Source of the DNA: an uncultured Gammaproteobacteria bacterium
GTDB lineage: Bacteria > Cyanobacteriota > Vampirovibrionia > LMEP-6097 > CAYGPN01
Length of the DNA: 64,000 nt
NCBI GenBank assembly: GCA_964352085.1
Contig: CAYGPN010000002.1
Coordinates: 9,545-73,544 of the forward strand
Direction: 5' to 3'
Shown: piece after piece, positions 28,591-37,850 of the stretch
Layout: each line of letters starts with the position of its first letter
How positions within the stretch are numbered: the first letter of the stretch is position 1
Program-made: the position numbers and the translations under genes
Notes under the pieces: model-generated
Told to the model about the DNA's origin: nothing
The model's input: the letters and a program-made list of their open reading frames with translations, nothing else
Database searches by the model: none

Positions 28591-30300
28591 TTAGAATCTA
28601 GAAAGTGGTGCCAGACCAGCCTTCTCTCTATAGCGGTTTATCTTGTTTAGAATAGTAGCGGATTCAGAGCTGTATCTAGATATCTTTCTACCTCTCTTAC
28701 CTTTTTGGGACAGACTTTCACCAGCAATTAGCTTTTCGTATATTCTCTCTAAGCCAATAGCTAATTTCTGATACTCTTTTCTTTCTGCATCTCTTTCTCT
28801 AGCTATCCTTAATGCCCTTAATTCGGCAGCGGTAATGGTTTTTTCAATCTTGCCCCTAGTTCTTTCTATATCTGCCTTAACACCTTCACCCTGTCTCTTG
28901 ACATTGTCAGATATATTAGGATCATTTATGACTTCATCAACTTGAGATTTACCAGCCTCAACTATGACAGCTGCTTTATCTCTAAGCTCATCATGAGCAG
29001 CAACGACATTATTTTCATCTTGTGCATCTGCAACTTGTGCTGGACTAGCGCCACCTCTAATAGCTTCTTTGATAGCATTAGCCACATCTCTTAAAGCTTC
29101 TGCTGCTGCCTCTCCAGCTATTTTTGCAGCTTCAGCAGCTTCTTTTTTTGCAAGCTCTTTAGCTTCTTCTATTTTGCCTAAAGCTCTATTAGCAGCTCGC
29201 TTATCTAAAGTTGCATTAGAAACATCCTCTTGAATTAATCCAAGATCAATTGGGAGTGCCGCTTCAAGTCCTGGGCTTAAATTAAGCTTAGAAATTTTAT
29301 CTAAAGCAGCATTATCATTAGCAATCGCTTCATCAATTTCTTTAATCGCACTAACTTTTAGATCGGTAGCAACACTATTATCAGCATTAATTTTTTCTTT
29401 AGCACACTCTAAAGCAGCTTTAGAAGTTCTTAAAGAAGATGAAATTACTTCAATGTTTCTAGCAATTTGTTTTCTAGTTTTATTGACACGTTTGTTTGTG
29501 CGTTTATTAAAATTTTGAGTCGCTGCATTAACAGCAAGCTCTATATCAATCTTGTCGTTAATTAAAGTATTATTAGAAGCCTGCTCAGAGCTTAGAGCTT
29601 CTTCTAAATATTCATCAGCAGTCTTAGGACAAGCAAAAGTAGAAGCTTGAAGAACAGGAATATCACCTGTAAATTCTGGTTCTTCATTGCCGCCACCGCC
29701 ATCAGGGCTGTCATCAGAGTCACCATCATCAATTGTTTCTACAACAATTCGAGTAGGCTCAACTAAACCAGCTTCAACTTTTTCAAATATATATAGAAGT
29801 TCTACTTGATAAGTTTTATTTGCTTTGAACTTAGCTTCAATTACAACTGAAACAGCATCAGTTGGAATGGTTAATGGCAGTAATGGACTAACAAAATCTA
29901 TATCAGCATTTATATCAGCTAAACCACCATCACACTGAGCAAACCCAGCACTTGTTTCAGCGACTGCAAGTCTTCTTGATGGTCCAGGACCATCAGGGAA
30001 AGTTTGGTTAGGGTAAGTTACCGTGATTCTTAAAGATCGTTTTTTATTTCCACTAAAAGTAAAAGGGACTGCCGTAATTTTATTACCGCCACCAGATAAA
30101 GAAGCAACTTCTAGATTTTGAGTGATGTCAATATTTTGATTAGTGATATCTGTCGTTTGCAGAATAGTTACACCATTTGTTGGTATACCTTGTGAGGTCT
30201 GATTATCCGGACCTTGACAAGGCGCAGCATTAACCGCCGAACTAAAACTTTGAAGCGCAAACGCGCAAACTAATACCAAAACTATATTTTTAAACTTCAT
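28591..30300 (-). CDS. Hypothetical secreted protein with an Ala/Glu/Lys-rich coiled-coil C-terminal half
   Basis: Signal peptide MKFKNIVLVLVCAFALQSFSSAVNA; 569 aa. Confidence 0.5.
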   Translation of the reverse strand: MKFKNIVLVLVCAFALQSFSSAVNAAPCQGPDNQTSQGIPTNGVTILQTTDITNQNIDITQNLEVASLSGGGNKITAVPFTFSGNKKRSLRITVTYPNQTFPDGPGPSRRLAVAETSAGFAQCDGGLADINADIDFVSPLLPLTIPTDAVSVVIEAKFKANKTYQVELLYIFEKVEAGLVEPTRIVVETIDDGDSDDSPDGGGGNEEPEFTGDIPVLQASTFACPKTADEYLEEALSSEQASNNTLINDKIDIELAVNAATQNFNKRTNKRVNKTRKQIARNIEVISSSLRTSKAALECAKEKINADNSVATDLKVSAIKEIDEAIANDNAALDKISKLNLSPGLEAALPIDLGLIQEDVSNATLDKRAANRALGKIEEAKELAKKEAAEAAKIAGEAAAEALRDVANAIKEAIRGGASPAQVADAQDENNVVAAHDELRDKAAVIVEAGKSQVDEVINDPNISDNVKRQGEGVKADIERTRGKIEKTITAAELRALRIARERDAERKEYQKLAIGLERIYEKLIAGESLSQKGKRGRKISRYSSESATILNKINRYREKAGLAPLSRF

Positions 30301-30506
30301 TGACTGCCCCTTTATTGATATATACTTTATTCCCCTAGACTCCTAGGGCAAATATACGAATTCTTCTCTTGACTTAGTTTCTATTATAAGCGCATACATT
30401 AAGGCTGTCTTAATAGACAAATCAACTATTTTCAGGATCTTTTGTTGCTTATCAGAGTCTATCTATATATCGCAATAAGCTGCGTTAGCTTTTGCATCTT
30501 TAGATA

Positions 30507-30803
30507 GTGCACAATCCCTATACAAATCACAAAAAAGTACAGTTAAAACAAAGGTTTTGGACCATTGTAATAGCACTTGTATTTTTTCCAACCATCAACA
30601 CTGCTATTTATAATAGTAGTCATTTAATTAAAAATGTCATGGCCAATTCGAAGCTTAAGAGCGAAAAAGCACTTTTAGAAAACGAAAAGCAAGTTTTAGA
30701 AAGCAAGATTCGTGAATACAAATCAAGTTCTGGTTTAAAGCGAGCTATTAAAGAAGAAATTAATCTTGTTGAAAAGAACGAAATACTTGTGAAGATCATA
30801 TAA
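30507..30803 (+). CDS. FtsB/DivIC-like septum formation initiator (TM plus coiled coil)
   Basis: TM FWTIVIALVFFPTINTAIY, then LENEKQVLESKIREYKSS...EEINLVEKNEILVKI. The start is uncertain; an alternative ATG lies at 30639. Confidence 0.45.
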   Translation: MHNPYTNHKKVQLKQRFWTIVIALVFFPTINTAIYNSSHLIKNVMANSKLKSEKALLENEKQVLESKIREYKSSSGLKRAIKEEINLVEKNEILVKII

Positions 30804-30817
30804 AATGTATATGGTTT

Positions 30818-32782
30818 ATGAATTACGTTGAAACGGCTTGGCTTATCCCACTTTATCCAATTATTGCTGCGGCATTAATTATATTTCTAACAGCAAAAAG
30901 TAGATTAACTACAGCTTTGCTTTCTATTGGTGCTGTCTCGCTTGGACTTTTGCACACAACTTTAATTTTCATGAACTTTGATAGTGGCAGTTTCCCGCAT
31001 GGTTATGAAATTAACTTTAATTGGATTAACGCTGGCGCTTTCCATTTGGATTTTGGAATCCTTATAGATAATTTGGCTATTGGCATGCTCTTTACAGTTT
31101 GCTTCGTGAGTCTTTGCGTGCAGGTTTATACGCATGGTTACATGGATGAGGATCCTGACTACACAAGGTTCTATGCTTACCTTTCAATGTTTACCTTCTC
31201 TATGCTTGGCTTAGTTTTAGCGACTAACCTTTTCCAGATGTACTTTTTCTGGGAGTTAGTAGGTTTATGTTCATTCTTGCTTATTGGTTTCTGGTGGTTC
31301 AAGCCAGAAGCTGCTGAAGCATGTAAAAAAGCTTTTGTAGTTAATCGTATTGGGGATGCTGGCTTTCTAGTGGGTCTTCTTATGCTTTTCTATTTCACTA
31401 AAGACGTTTGGGCAGCGCATCCTGGCAACGAAGTAGCGACTTTATCTTTCAGTCATCTTGGCGAAGCAATTGAGCATGCTATTTCGCATAACGGTTTACC
31501 TTTAGTAGGTTTAGTTTCTGTTACAACTATCGGCATTTTAATTTTTATGGGAGCAATGGCAAAATCTGCTCAATTCCCTCTTCACGTTTGGCTTCCTGAT
31601 GCGATGGAAGGTCCAACACCTATCTCAGCTCTAATCCACGCAGCAACTATGGTAGCAGCTGGTGTTTACTTAGTAGTTAGAGCATTTCCAGTTTTAAATA
31701 TCCCAGGCACAAGCGCTCTTGAGTTTATCGCTTGGATTGGTGGCTTTACTGCTATTTTCGCTGCAACAATTGCGCTATCGCAAAATGATATTAAAAAAGC
31801 ACTAGCTTACTCTACTTGCTCGCAGCTTGGTTACATGATCTTAGCTGCTGGTTTAGGCGCGCCTGCTGTTGCGATGTTCCACCTTATGACACACGCAGCC
31901 TTTAAAGCGATGTTGTTTTTAGGCTCGGGTTCTGTCATCATCGGCTGCCACCACGAACAAGATATGCGAGAAATGGGCGGACTCAGAAAACATATGCCGA
32001 TCACCGCAATCACGTTTTTAATTGGTACACTAGCAATTTCTGGTATGCCGTTCCTTAGTGGTTTCTGGTCTAAAGATATGATCATCGCTGCATCTTACGA
32101 TAAATCGATGGCGCTATTCTGGATTGGAACTATCACTGCAGTTTTAACTGCCTTCTATATGTTTAGAATGTACTTTATGACTTTTGAAGGTGAGTATCGC
32201 GGTCACGCGCACCCGCATGAATCTCATTGGACTGTAACCACGCCACTGATTGCGCTTGCAGTACCTTCAATTTTCTTAGGTTTACTAGGCTCGCCACTTA
32301 TGAACTATAAACTTCTTCATTATCTAGATCACCACTTCCATAGTCACATGGAGCACGGTCAATCTGGAATGGAGTTTTTCTTACATGAACTTACTCAACC
32401 ATTTGGTTACTTACCGCTTCTTGCATTTATTGGTGGTTTGATAGTAGCCTTTATGGTTTATTTGCAAGGCGCTCCACTAAACACTTTCTTTAAAGAAAAA
32501 CTAAGCCCGCTTCATAAAGCATCAATGAATAAATGGTACATTGATGAAGTTTACGCTGTGATAGTTTCATTCTTTATGCTGATCTTTAGAACTACTTGGC
32601 AGCTTTTTGAAAGATTTATTATTGAAGGATTTTTTATTAACGGTTTAGCTTGGAGGGGCTCAGAGGTGCTTGGTGAAGTGCTTAAAACTAACCAATCAGG
32701 TAGAGTTCAAAGCTATATCTCAAATATGGTTATAGCTGTAGCTATTGCTGTGGCTGCGATTTTGTTTTATTTGTTTAAGTAA
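30818..32782 (+). CDS. NuoL/ND5/MnhA-family proton-translocating membrane subunit
   Basis: 654 aa and polytopic, with the antiporter-like core WLPDAMEGPTPISALIHAATMVAAGVYL. No other nuo or mrp genes are adjacent. Confidence 0.7.
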   Translation: MNYVETAWLIPLYPIIAAALIIFLTAKSRLTTALLSIGAVSLGLLHTTLIFMNFDSGSFPHGYEINFNWINAGAFHLDFGILIDNLAIGMLFTVCFVSLCVQVYTHGYMDEDPDYTRFYAYLSMFTFSMLGLVLATNLFQMYFFWELVGLCSFLLIGFWWFKPEAAEACKKAFVVNRIGDAGFLVGLLMLFYFTKDVWAAHPGNEVATLSFSHLGEAIEHAISHNGLPLVGLVSVTTIGILIFMGAMAKSAQFPLHVWLPDAMEGPTPISALIHAATMVAAGVYLVVRAFPVLNIPGTSALEFIAWIGGFTAIFAATIALSQNDIKKALAYSTCSQLGYMILAAGLGAPAVAMFHLMTHAAFKAMLFLGSGSVIIGCHHEQDMREMGGLRKHMPITAITFLIGTLAISGMPFLSGFWSKDMIIAASYDKSMALFWIGTITAVLTAFYMFRMYFMTFEGEYRGHAHPHESHWTVTTPLIALAVPSIFLGLLGSPLMNYKLLHYLDHHFHSHMEHGQSGMEFFLHELTQPFGYLPLLAFIGGLIVAFMVYLQGAPLNTFFKEKLSPLHKASMNKWYIDEVYAVIVSFFMLIFRTTWQLFERFIIEGFFINGLAWRGSEVLGEVLKTNQSGRVQSYISNMVIAVAIAVAAILFYLFK

Positions 32783-32902
32783 AATTTATAGACAACTGGC
32801 ATTTAACTTGATTAATTTCAGTCATTCTTGCCCCTTTTATTTGTAACTATCATACAATAAGTCATACGAGTTTATCAAGTCAATGCCTGAAAACCCTTTT
32901 TT

Positions 32903-32982
32903 GGATTGCTTCGCCCTTCGGCCTCGCAATGACAAGGCGTCATCACGAGGAGCATAGCGACGTGGTGATCCACAATGACGCT
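32903..32982. repeat. Palindromic intergenic repeat, copy 5 (partial)
   Basis: ggattgcttcgcccttcggcctcgcaatgacaaggcgtcatcacgaggagcatagcgacgtggtgatcc. Confidence 0.7.
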
Positions 32983-33022
32983 GAAAATGAGGAAATCCTA
33001 TACAAAATAGCTAAAAAGCCTT

Positions 33023-34228
33023 ATGCAGGCTAGAATATACAAGATGCCTTTAGTAAAAATTCCATCTTCAGATCGCCTAGCTGCTCTTCCAGAGTACGCC
33101 TTTGGCGCCTTAGATGCACTAAAGCAAAAGCTAGTTGAAGAAGGCAAAGAGCTTATCGATCTATCACTCGGCTCGCCTGATAGACCAACAGACCCTAGCG
33201 TGATTAAAGCTTTAACAGAGGGCATGTCCAAGCTGCGTAATCAGCAGTATCCAATTTTTAATGGTTCACCCAAATTTAAAAGTGCTGTTGCTGACTGGGT
33301 GAAAGGAAGATTTGGTGTTGAGCTTGATAAAAATCTTGGCGTGCTTCCACTTTTAGGTACTAAAGAAGGAATCGCTCACTTAGCATTTGCATATATTAGT
33401 GAAGGTGATGTCACTCTAGTTCCAAGCCCTTGCTATCCAGTCCATGTAAGAGGCACGCTGCTTGCTGGCGGTCAGATCTATCATATGGAATTAAATCCTG
33501 AGAATAATTTTGTTTGTGATTTAGAATCTATACCAGAAGAAATTTTAAACCGCGCAAAATTGATGATTTTAAATTATCCGCATAATCCAACGGGCGCAAC
33601 TATAGATAAAGAGTACTTTAAGAAAGCTGTGGATCTATGCCGCAAACATGACATCATTCTAGCTAACGATCTAGCTTACTCAGAGATTTACTTTGAAGAG
33701 AAGCCTTGCTCCATTATGGAAATAGAAGGCGCTGAAGATGTAGCGATTGAGTTTCATACTTTCTCTAAGACATATAATATGGCTGGCTTTAGATTAGGTT
33801 TTGCTATTGGTCATCCTGACATTGTGCAGACTCTTTATAAACTCAAAACAAATGTTGATTACGGTGTTTGTATGGGAATTCAAGATGCTGGAATTGCAGC
33901 TTTAGCTCTTGGTGATGACTACCGAAAAGAAATTCGTGATGGCTATAGAGCTAGGCGTGATTTAGTAGTAAAAGAATTAAGAGATATGGGTTGGTCAGAT
34001 TTACAAGCTCCTGGCGGTGCGATGTATGTTTGGGTGCCAATTCCGGCAAACTTTAAAAACTGTAATGATTACTGCAAAGAACTTTTAGAGCAAGCGGGAA
34101 TCGCTGTGGTGCCCGGTAATACTTTTGGGCATGCTGGTGAAAGATTCTTTAGAATTGCACTTATCCAAAATGAAGAAGTCCTGCAAAAAGCTATGGATAA
34201 GATAAGAGCTTCTGCTTTGACTCCATAA
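33023..34228 (+). CDS. Class I/II PLP-dependent aminotransferase (AlaA/DapL-like)
   Basis: FSKTYNMAGFRLG Lys-PLP region and LNYPHNPTG; 401 aa. The start may be the ATG at 33044. Confidence 0.8.
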   Translation: MQARIYKMPLVKIPSSDRLAALPEYAFGALDALKQKLVEEGKELIDLSLGSPDRPTDPSVIKALTEGMSKLRNQQYPIFNGSPKFKSAVADWVKGRFGVELDKNLGVLPLLGTKEGIAHLAFAYISEGDVTLVPSPCYPVHVRGTLLAGGQIYHMELNPENNFVCDLESIPEEILNRAKLMILNYPHNPTGATIDKEYFKKAVDLCRKHDIILANDLAYSEIYFEEKPCSIMEIEGAEDVAIEFHTFSKTYNMAGFRLGFAIGHPDIVQTLYKLKTNVDYGVCMGIQDAGIAALALGDDYRKEIRDGYRARRDLVVKELRDMGWSDLQAPGGAMYVWVPIPANFKNCNDYCKELLEQAGIAVVPGNTFGHAGERFFRIALIQNEEVLQKAMDKIRASALTP

Positions 34229-34453
34229 AAGCTTGCTAAGTCATTACGTATAAATCCTTAAACTTCCTTATTGAGAATGCTTATTGAGAATAGTTCTCAA
34301 AAGAAATCTTGAGAAGCCTTGAGCTTTCTGGCTAAATACTTATTAGGAATGATTCTCATTAAAGAGACTTATTGAGAATATTTGATAACATTTTCTTTGT
34401 CAGCGGTATAAGTTCTATGGAGAGCAACCGTTAATTATTCTAAGGAGGATAAC

Positions 34454-34678
34454 GTGGCATATACAATAGTTTCAGAAATTTGCGAAGGTATAGCGGACTG
34501 TATTCCAGTTTGTCCAGTTGATTGTATTCACTGGGTTGAAGGAAAACAAAATGGTAAAGGTACTAACTACCCAGCGATTGATGATGAGACATGCATCGAC
34601 TGTGGTGCTTGTTTAGCAGCTTGCCCGATTGAAGGCGCAATCCTAGACGAGTGGAAACCTGAACTTCAAGTTAAATAG
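34454..34678 (+). CDS. 4Fe-4S ferredoxin
   Basis: GTG start with an AGGAGG SD. Two Cys clusters (CIPVCPVDC, CIDCGACLAACP). Confidence 0.7.
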   Translation: MAYTIVSEICEGIADCIPVCPVDCIHWVEGKQNGKGTNYPAIDDETCIDCGACLAACPIEGAILDEWKPELQVK

Positions 34679-34705
34679 AAGTTTGCAAAAAGAATTTTGA
34701 GGAGT

Positions 34706-34736
34706 CCAGGGTCTTTACTGACCCTGGTATTTTTTT
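34706..34736 (+). terminator. Rho-independent terminator
   Basis: ccagggtc-tttact-gaccctgg followed by a T8 tract. Confidence 0.6.
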
Positions 34737-34852
34737 GTTTTCAATGACTAATATAGGTGCCAGTAATATAGGTGCCAGGCACCAAAATTGGGCGTTGCTT
34801 CACAAGCCTTGTTATAAACCAATCATAGAAAATCTAAGCTAAAATACAAAGC

Positions 34853-35554
34853 ATGCCAAAAAAGATATTAGTCACAGGCGGCAAAAGAGGCATCGGTAAA
34901 GCAATTGCTGACTTGCTTTCAGCTAACTATGAGGTATTAGCTCCAGACTCTAAAGAACTTAATGTTAGTGATATAAGCTCTATAGAAAATTATCTAAAAG
35001 ATCATCAAGATATTGATATTTTGATTAACAACGCTGGCATCCACATTTCAAAGCCATTTTTAGACCACAGTAAAGAAGATTGGCAAGATAGTTTTAACGT
35101 TAATTTTTTTGGTGCAGTTAATATAACTAAACTTGTGCTTCCTCATATGCAAAAAAAATCTTGGGGCAGAATTATAAATCTTTCATCAATTTGCGGTCTA
35201 GAAGCTTGTTCAGCAGCAACTGCATATAGCGCAAGTAAATTTGCTCTTAATGGTCTCACTATGAACTTAGCCGCTGAATTTTTCAGAAACGGGATTACAG
35301 TAAATGCAATCTGTCCAGGCTGGGTAAAAACCGATATGGCATTAAAGCATTTATTTAATGCTAAAGATCATAGTAAAGGATTAAAGGAAAAGTATAATTC
35401 TGAAGCGCAATCAAAGAAAGAAGCTATGATGCTTGGCACAGCGAAGTGGATAGAGCCTGAAGAAATCGCTGAGCAAGTTAAATATCTAATTAGCGACAAA
35501 GCTAAATCCATCACTGGGCAAACTATAAAAATTACTGCTGGTTTAGATCTTTAA
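34853..35554 (+). CDS. Short-chain dehydrogenase/reductase (FabG-like)
   Basis: TGGKRGIGKA Rossmann motif and YSASK catalytic motif. Confidence 0.8.
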   Translation: MPKKILVTGGKRGIGKAIADLLSANYEVLAPDSKELNVSDISSIENYLKDHQDIDILINNAGIHISKPFLDHSKEDWQDSFNVNFFGAVNITKLVLPHMQKKSWGRIINLSSICGLEACSAATAYSASKFALNGLTMNLAAEFFRNGITVNAICPGWVKTDMALKHLFNAKDHSKGLKEKYNSEAQSKKEAMMLGTAKWIEPEEIAEQVKYLISDKAKSITGQTIKITAGLDL

Positions 35555-35559
35555 TCTCC

Positions 35560-35577
35560 AAAAAAAAAGGGGGGGGG
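35560..35577. repeat. A9-G9 homopolymer pair between convergent genes
   Basis: ccaaaaaaaaagggggggggtta. Confidence 0.9.
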
Positions 35578-36078
35578 TTAATTTTGCTGACGCACTTGCT
35601 TAGGCACAAAAACCAATCTAATAATCACATAAAGAGGAATCACAGTAAGCACATTTAAAAGCACAGACTCCATAGTCCGGTCCCAGTAAGGCGTTGAGCT
35701 TGTGCTCATTAATTCAAAAAGCGGCGTGAAGCTAATAGTATAAAGAATCGCTATTAGAAATTTATCTGGGACAAAATTTGGGTTCATCCAAGAAGCTAAA
35801 GCTCCAGCTATTGGATAAAACCAATATATCTGACTGTCATAGAGAAGCATAGAAATGCTTATTGTTATAAAACTTGCAGCAATGATAGTTTCAAAGAAAC
35901 TTAGACAACTAGCAAAAACTATCAACGAAGAAAAAAGCAAATTCACTTGAACATCAGTAAGATAAAGATCTCCAATAAGAGCAGTTTGCAGCAGAAGCAC
36001 AAAAGTGCAATAGACCACTACTTTTAAAGCTAGCAGCGCTCTTTCTTTCGTATAACTGTCTTGTAATGCAGTAAACAC
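35578..36078 (-). CDS. Hypothetical polytopic membrane protein
   Basis: 166 aa with 4-5 TM helices. Confidence 0.4.
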   Translation of the reverse strand: MFTALQDSYTKERALLALKVVVYCTFVLLLQTALIGDLYLTDVQVNLLFSSLIVFASCLSFFETIIAASFITISISMLLYDSQIYWFYPIAGALASWMNPNFVPDKFLIAILYTISFTPLFELMSTSSTPYWDRTMESVLLNVLTVIPLYVIIRLVFVPKQVRQQN

Positions 36079-36155
36079 TCTTATACAAATATATCAGGAT
36101 ATGCGTAAAATTACTCTAGCAAAGCGCTAGGCGAAGTCTTTTGTATAAAAAACGA

Positions 36156-36638
36156 CTACTTAATCTCTCTAACGTTAGGAGGCAATATTAAATTATCATC
36201 ACTCTCAATACCAGATTTGCCAGGGAAAAATGCAGCTGATCTTTCTGAATTTCTACCTTTGAACATAAGGTCAGTTTTATCAGGGCTAGTTCCGATATCT
36301 TCAGCAAGTCTAGCGTCAACGCCTTGGCTGATCATAAAGTCAGGAAGCTCAATAGACACACCGCTTTGCTCGATTAGAGTAGCAGCATCACTTCTTAAGC
36401 CATCAGCCTTTGTCTGCAATTTTTCTGCCTTTGAACGAGTTTTTGCAGCCTTAAGATCTTTCTTAACTGCTTTAATAAGTTTTTCGATTGCTTTCTTTTG
36501 CTCTTCAAGCTTTGTTAGCTGAGCTTCAGCGTTTAAAAGTTTGTCTTGAGCGTAAGTCGCTGGATCTTCATAATCAGCGCTAGCTGATAATCCACCTATT
36601 AAAAGAGTCGCTATTAATGTTGATGCAAGTTTCTTCAT
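36156..36638 (-). CDS. Hypothetical secreted coiled-coil protein
   Basis: Signal peptide MKKLASTLIATLLIGGLSASA and a K/E-rich helix. Confidence 0.4.
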   Translation of the reverse strand: MKKLASTLIATLLIGGLSASADYEDPATYAQDKLLNAEAQLTKLEEQKKAIEKLIKAVKKDLKAAKTRSKAEKLQTKADGLRSDAATLIEQSGVSIELPDFMISQGVDARLAEDIGTSPDKTDLMFKGRNSERSAAFFPGKSGIESDDNLILPPNVREIK

Positions 36639-36765
36639 AGTATATATATTACAGTAAGAATTATCTTTTGAATATAGTCAAATCGCATGATAAAAGTATC
36701 ATCTGCTAGGCAAGCAATACAGAACTGTAATTCAAAGAAAGTTCCGAAAATTTAAATTTTCTAAT

Positions 36766-37830
36766 CTATCTCTGAGCTATTAAGAAATCTTCAAAATTAG
36801 ACTTCACCTTACCAGACTTTATAGCCTCTAGGCTTATCTCATAGCCTTCTTTTATATCTTTAGCTAAGCCAGATATTTCAAGAAGCGCAGCTGAATTAAG
36901 ACAAACGGCATTTATTTTAGTCCCCTGAGCTTTAGGCGCGTAGTCTAAAATGTCCCAAATAATCTGAGCGTTTGTTTTGGCATCGCCGCCCTCTAGCTCT
37001 TCGATCTTGCCTAGTGGCAGTCTTATATCTTCAGGCGAAAAAATTCTAGGTTTAAATTTTATATCTTCGTCTTCAATTTTCTTATCAAGATCTGCTTGAA
37101 AATTTTCTGGATCAATAGCCCTCCCCTCAGGAATTTCTATATCAATAATTCGAGTTAAAGAAACAGCACTAATCTCATCTAATCTATACTTGCCATCAGG
37201 TGAGCCAGAGTAGACTACCATTGCTTTTTTGCGTCCTTGCATCGCAAGAACATCAGCAATCACATCAGACCATTTAACATTCCCAGCACCTATTAACTGT
37301 CCGCTAAGTTTCACTGGACTAGCAAGCGGAGCTAAAAGACTTATAAATCCTGTTTGTTTATTTTTCTTAAGTAGCTGCTTTACTGGAGCTAAAAGCTCCC
37401 CTGTCACTTTGCTAGCAAAAAAAGCCAGGTTATTTTCTTTAAGAGTACTTAGTCTTTTTTCTAAACTTGAGTCTAGATTTAAACCCAATGCCTCAAGCAC
37501 ATCTACAGAACCTGATTTGCTAGTAGTGCTTCTACCACCATGCTTCGCTATTTTCGCTCCGCTGCCAGCAGCAACGATAGCAGCAGTAGTTGAAATATTA
37601 AAAGTACTAGCGCCATCGCCACCAGTCCCGCAGCAATCATAAATATCAAAGCCAGTATCTATTTGGGCTTCTTGTTTGTAGATATAATCCACAAAGTTTT
37701 TAATCTCAACTGCACTCTCACCGCTTTTATGCCAATCAGAAACAAAGGCTAGAAGCTCATCTTCACTAAGATTTTTCAATTCAGAAAAGAAGATCTCTGG
37801 GTCTTTAAGGTTTAATGTATCTTTAGACAT
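36766..37830 (-). CDS. trpD: Anthranilate phosphoribosyltransferase-family protein (TrpD or TrpD2-like)
   Basis: CGTGGDGASTFNISTTAAIVAAGSGAKIAKHGGRSTTSKSGSVDVLEALG. No other trp genes are adjacent. Confidence 0.65.
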   Translation of the reverse strand: MSKDTLNLKDPEIFFSELKNLSEDELLAFVSDWHKSGESAVEIKNFVDYIYKQEAQIDTGFDIYDCCGTGGDGASTFNISTTAAIVAAGSGAKIAKHGGRSTTSKSGSVDVLEALGLNLDSSLEKRLSTLKENNLAFFASKVTGELLAPVKQLLKKNKQTGFISLLAPLASPVKLSGQLIGAGNVKWSDVIADVLAMQGRKKAMVVYSGSPDGKYRLDEISAVSLTRIIDIEIPEGRAIDPENFQADLDKKIEDEDIKFKPRIFSPEDIRLPLGKIEELEGGDAKTNAQIIWDILDYAPKAQGTKINAVCLNSAALLEISGLAKDIKEGYEISLEAIKSGKVKSNFEDFLIAQR

Positions 37831-37850
37831 CGAAGACTATTTTAACAGGT

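Noticed and set aside
35578-35580. Possibility that the G9 tract is within coding sequence and causes phase variation of the SDR gene
   Set aside because: Both flanking genes terminate before or at the tract. The tract lies in the 23-bp spacer, so any effect would be through C-terminal extension of the minus-strand gene only.
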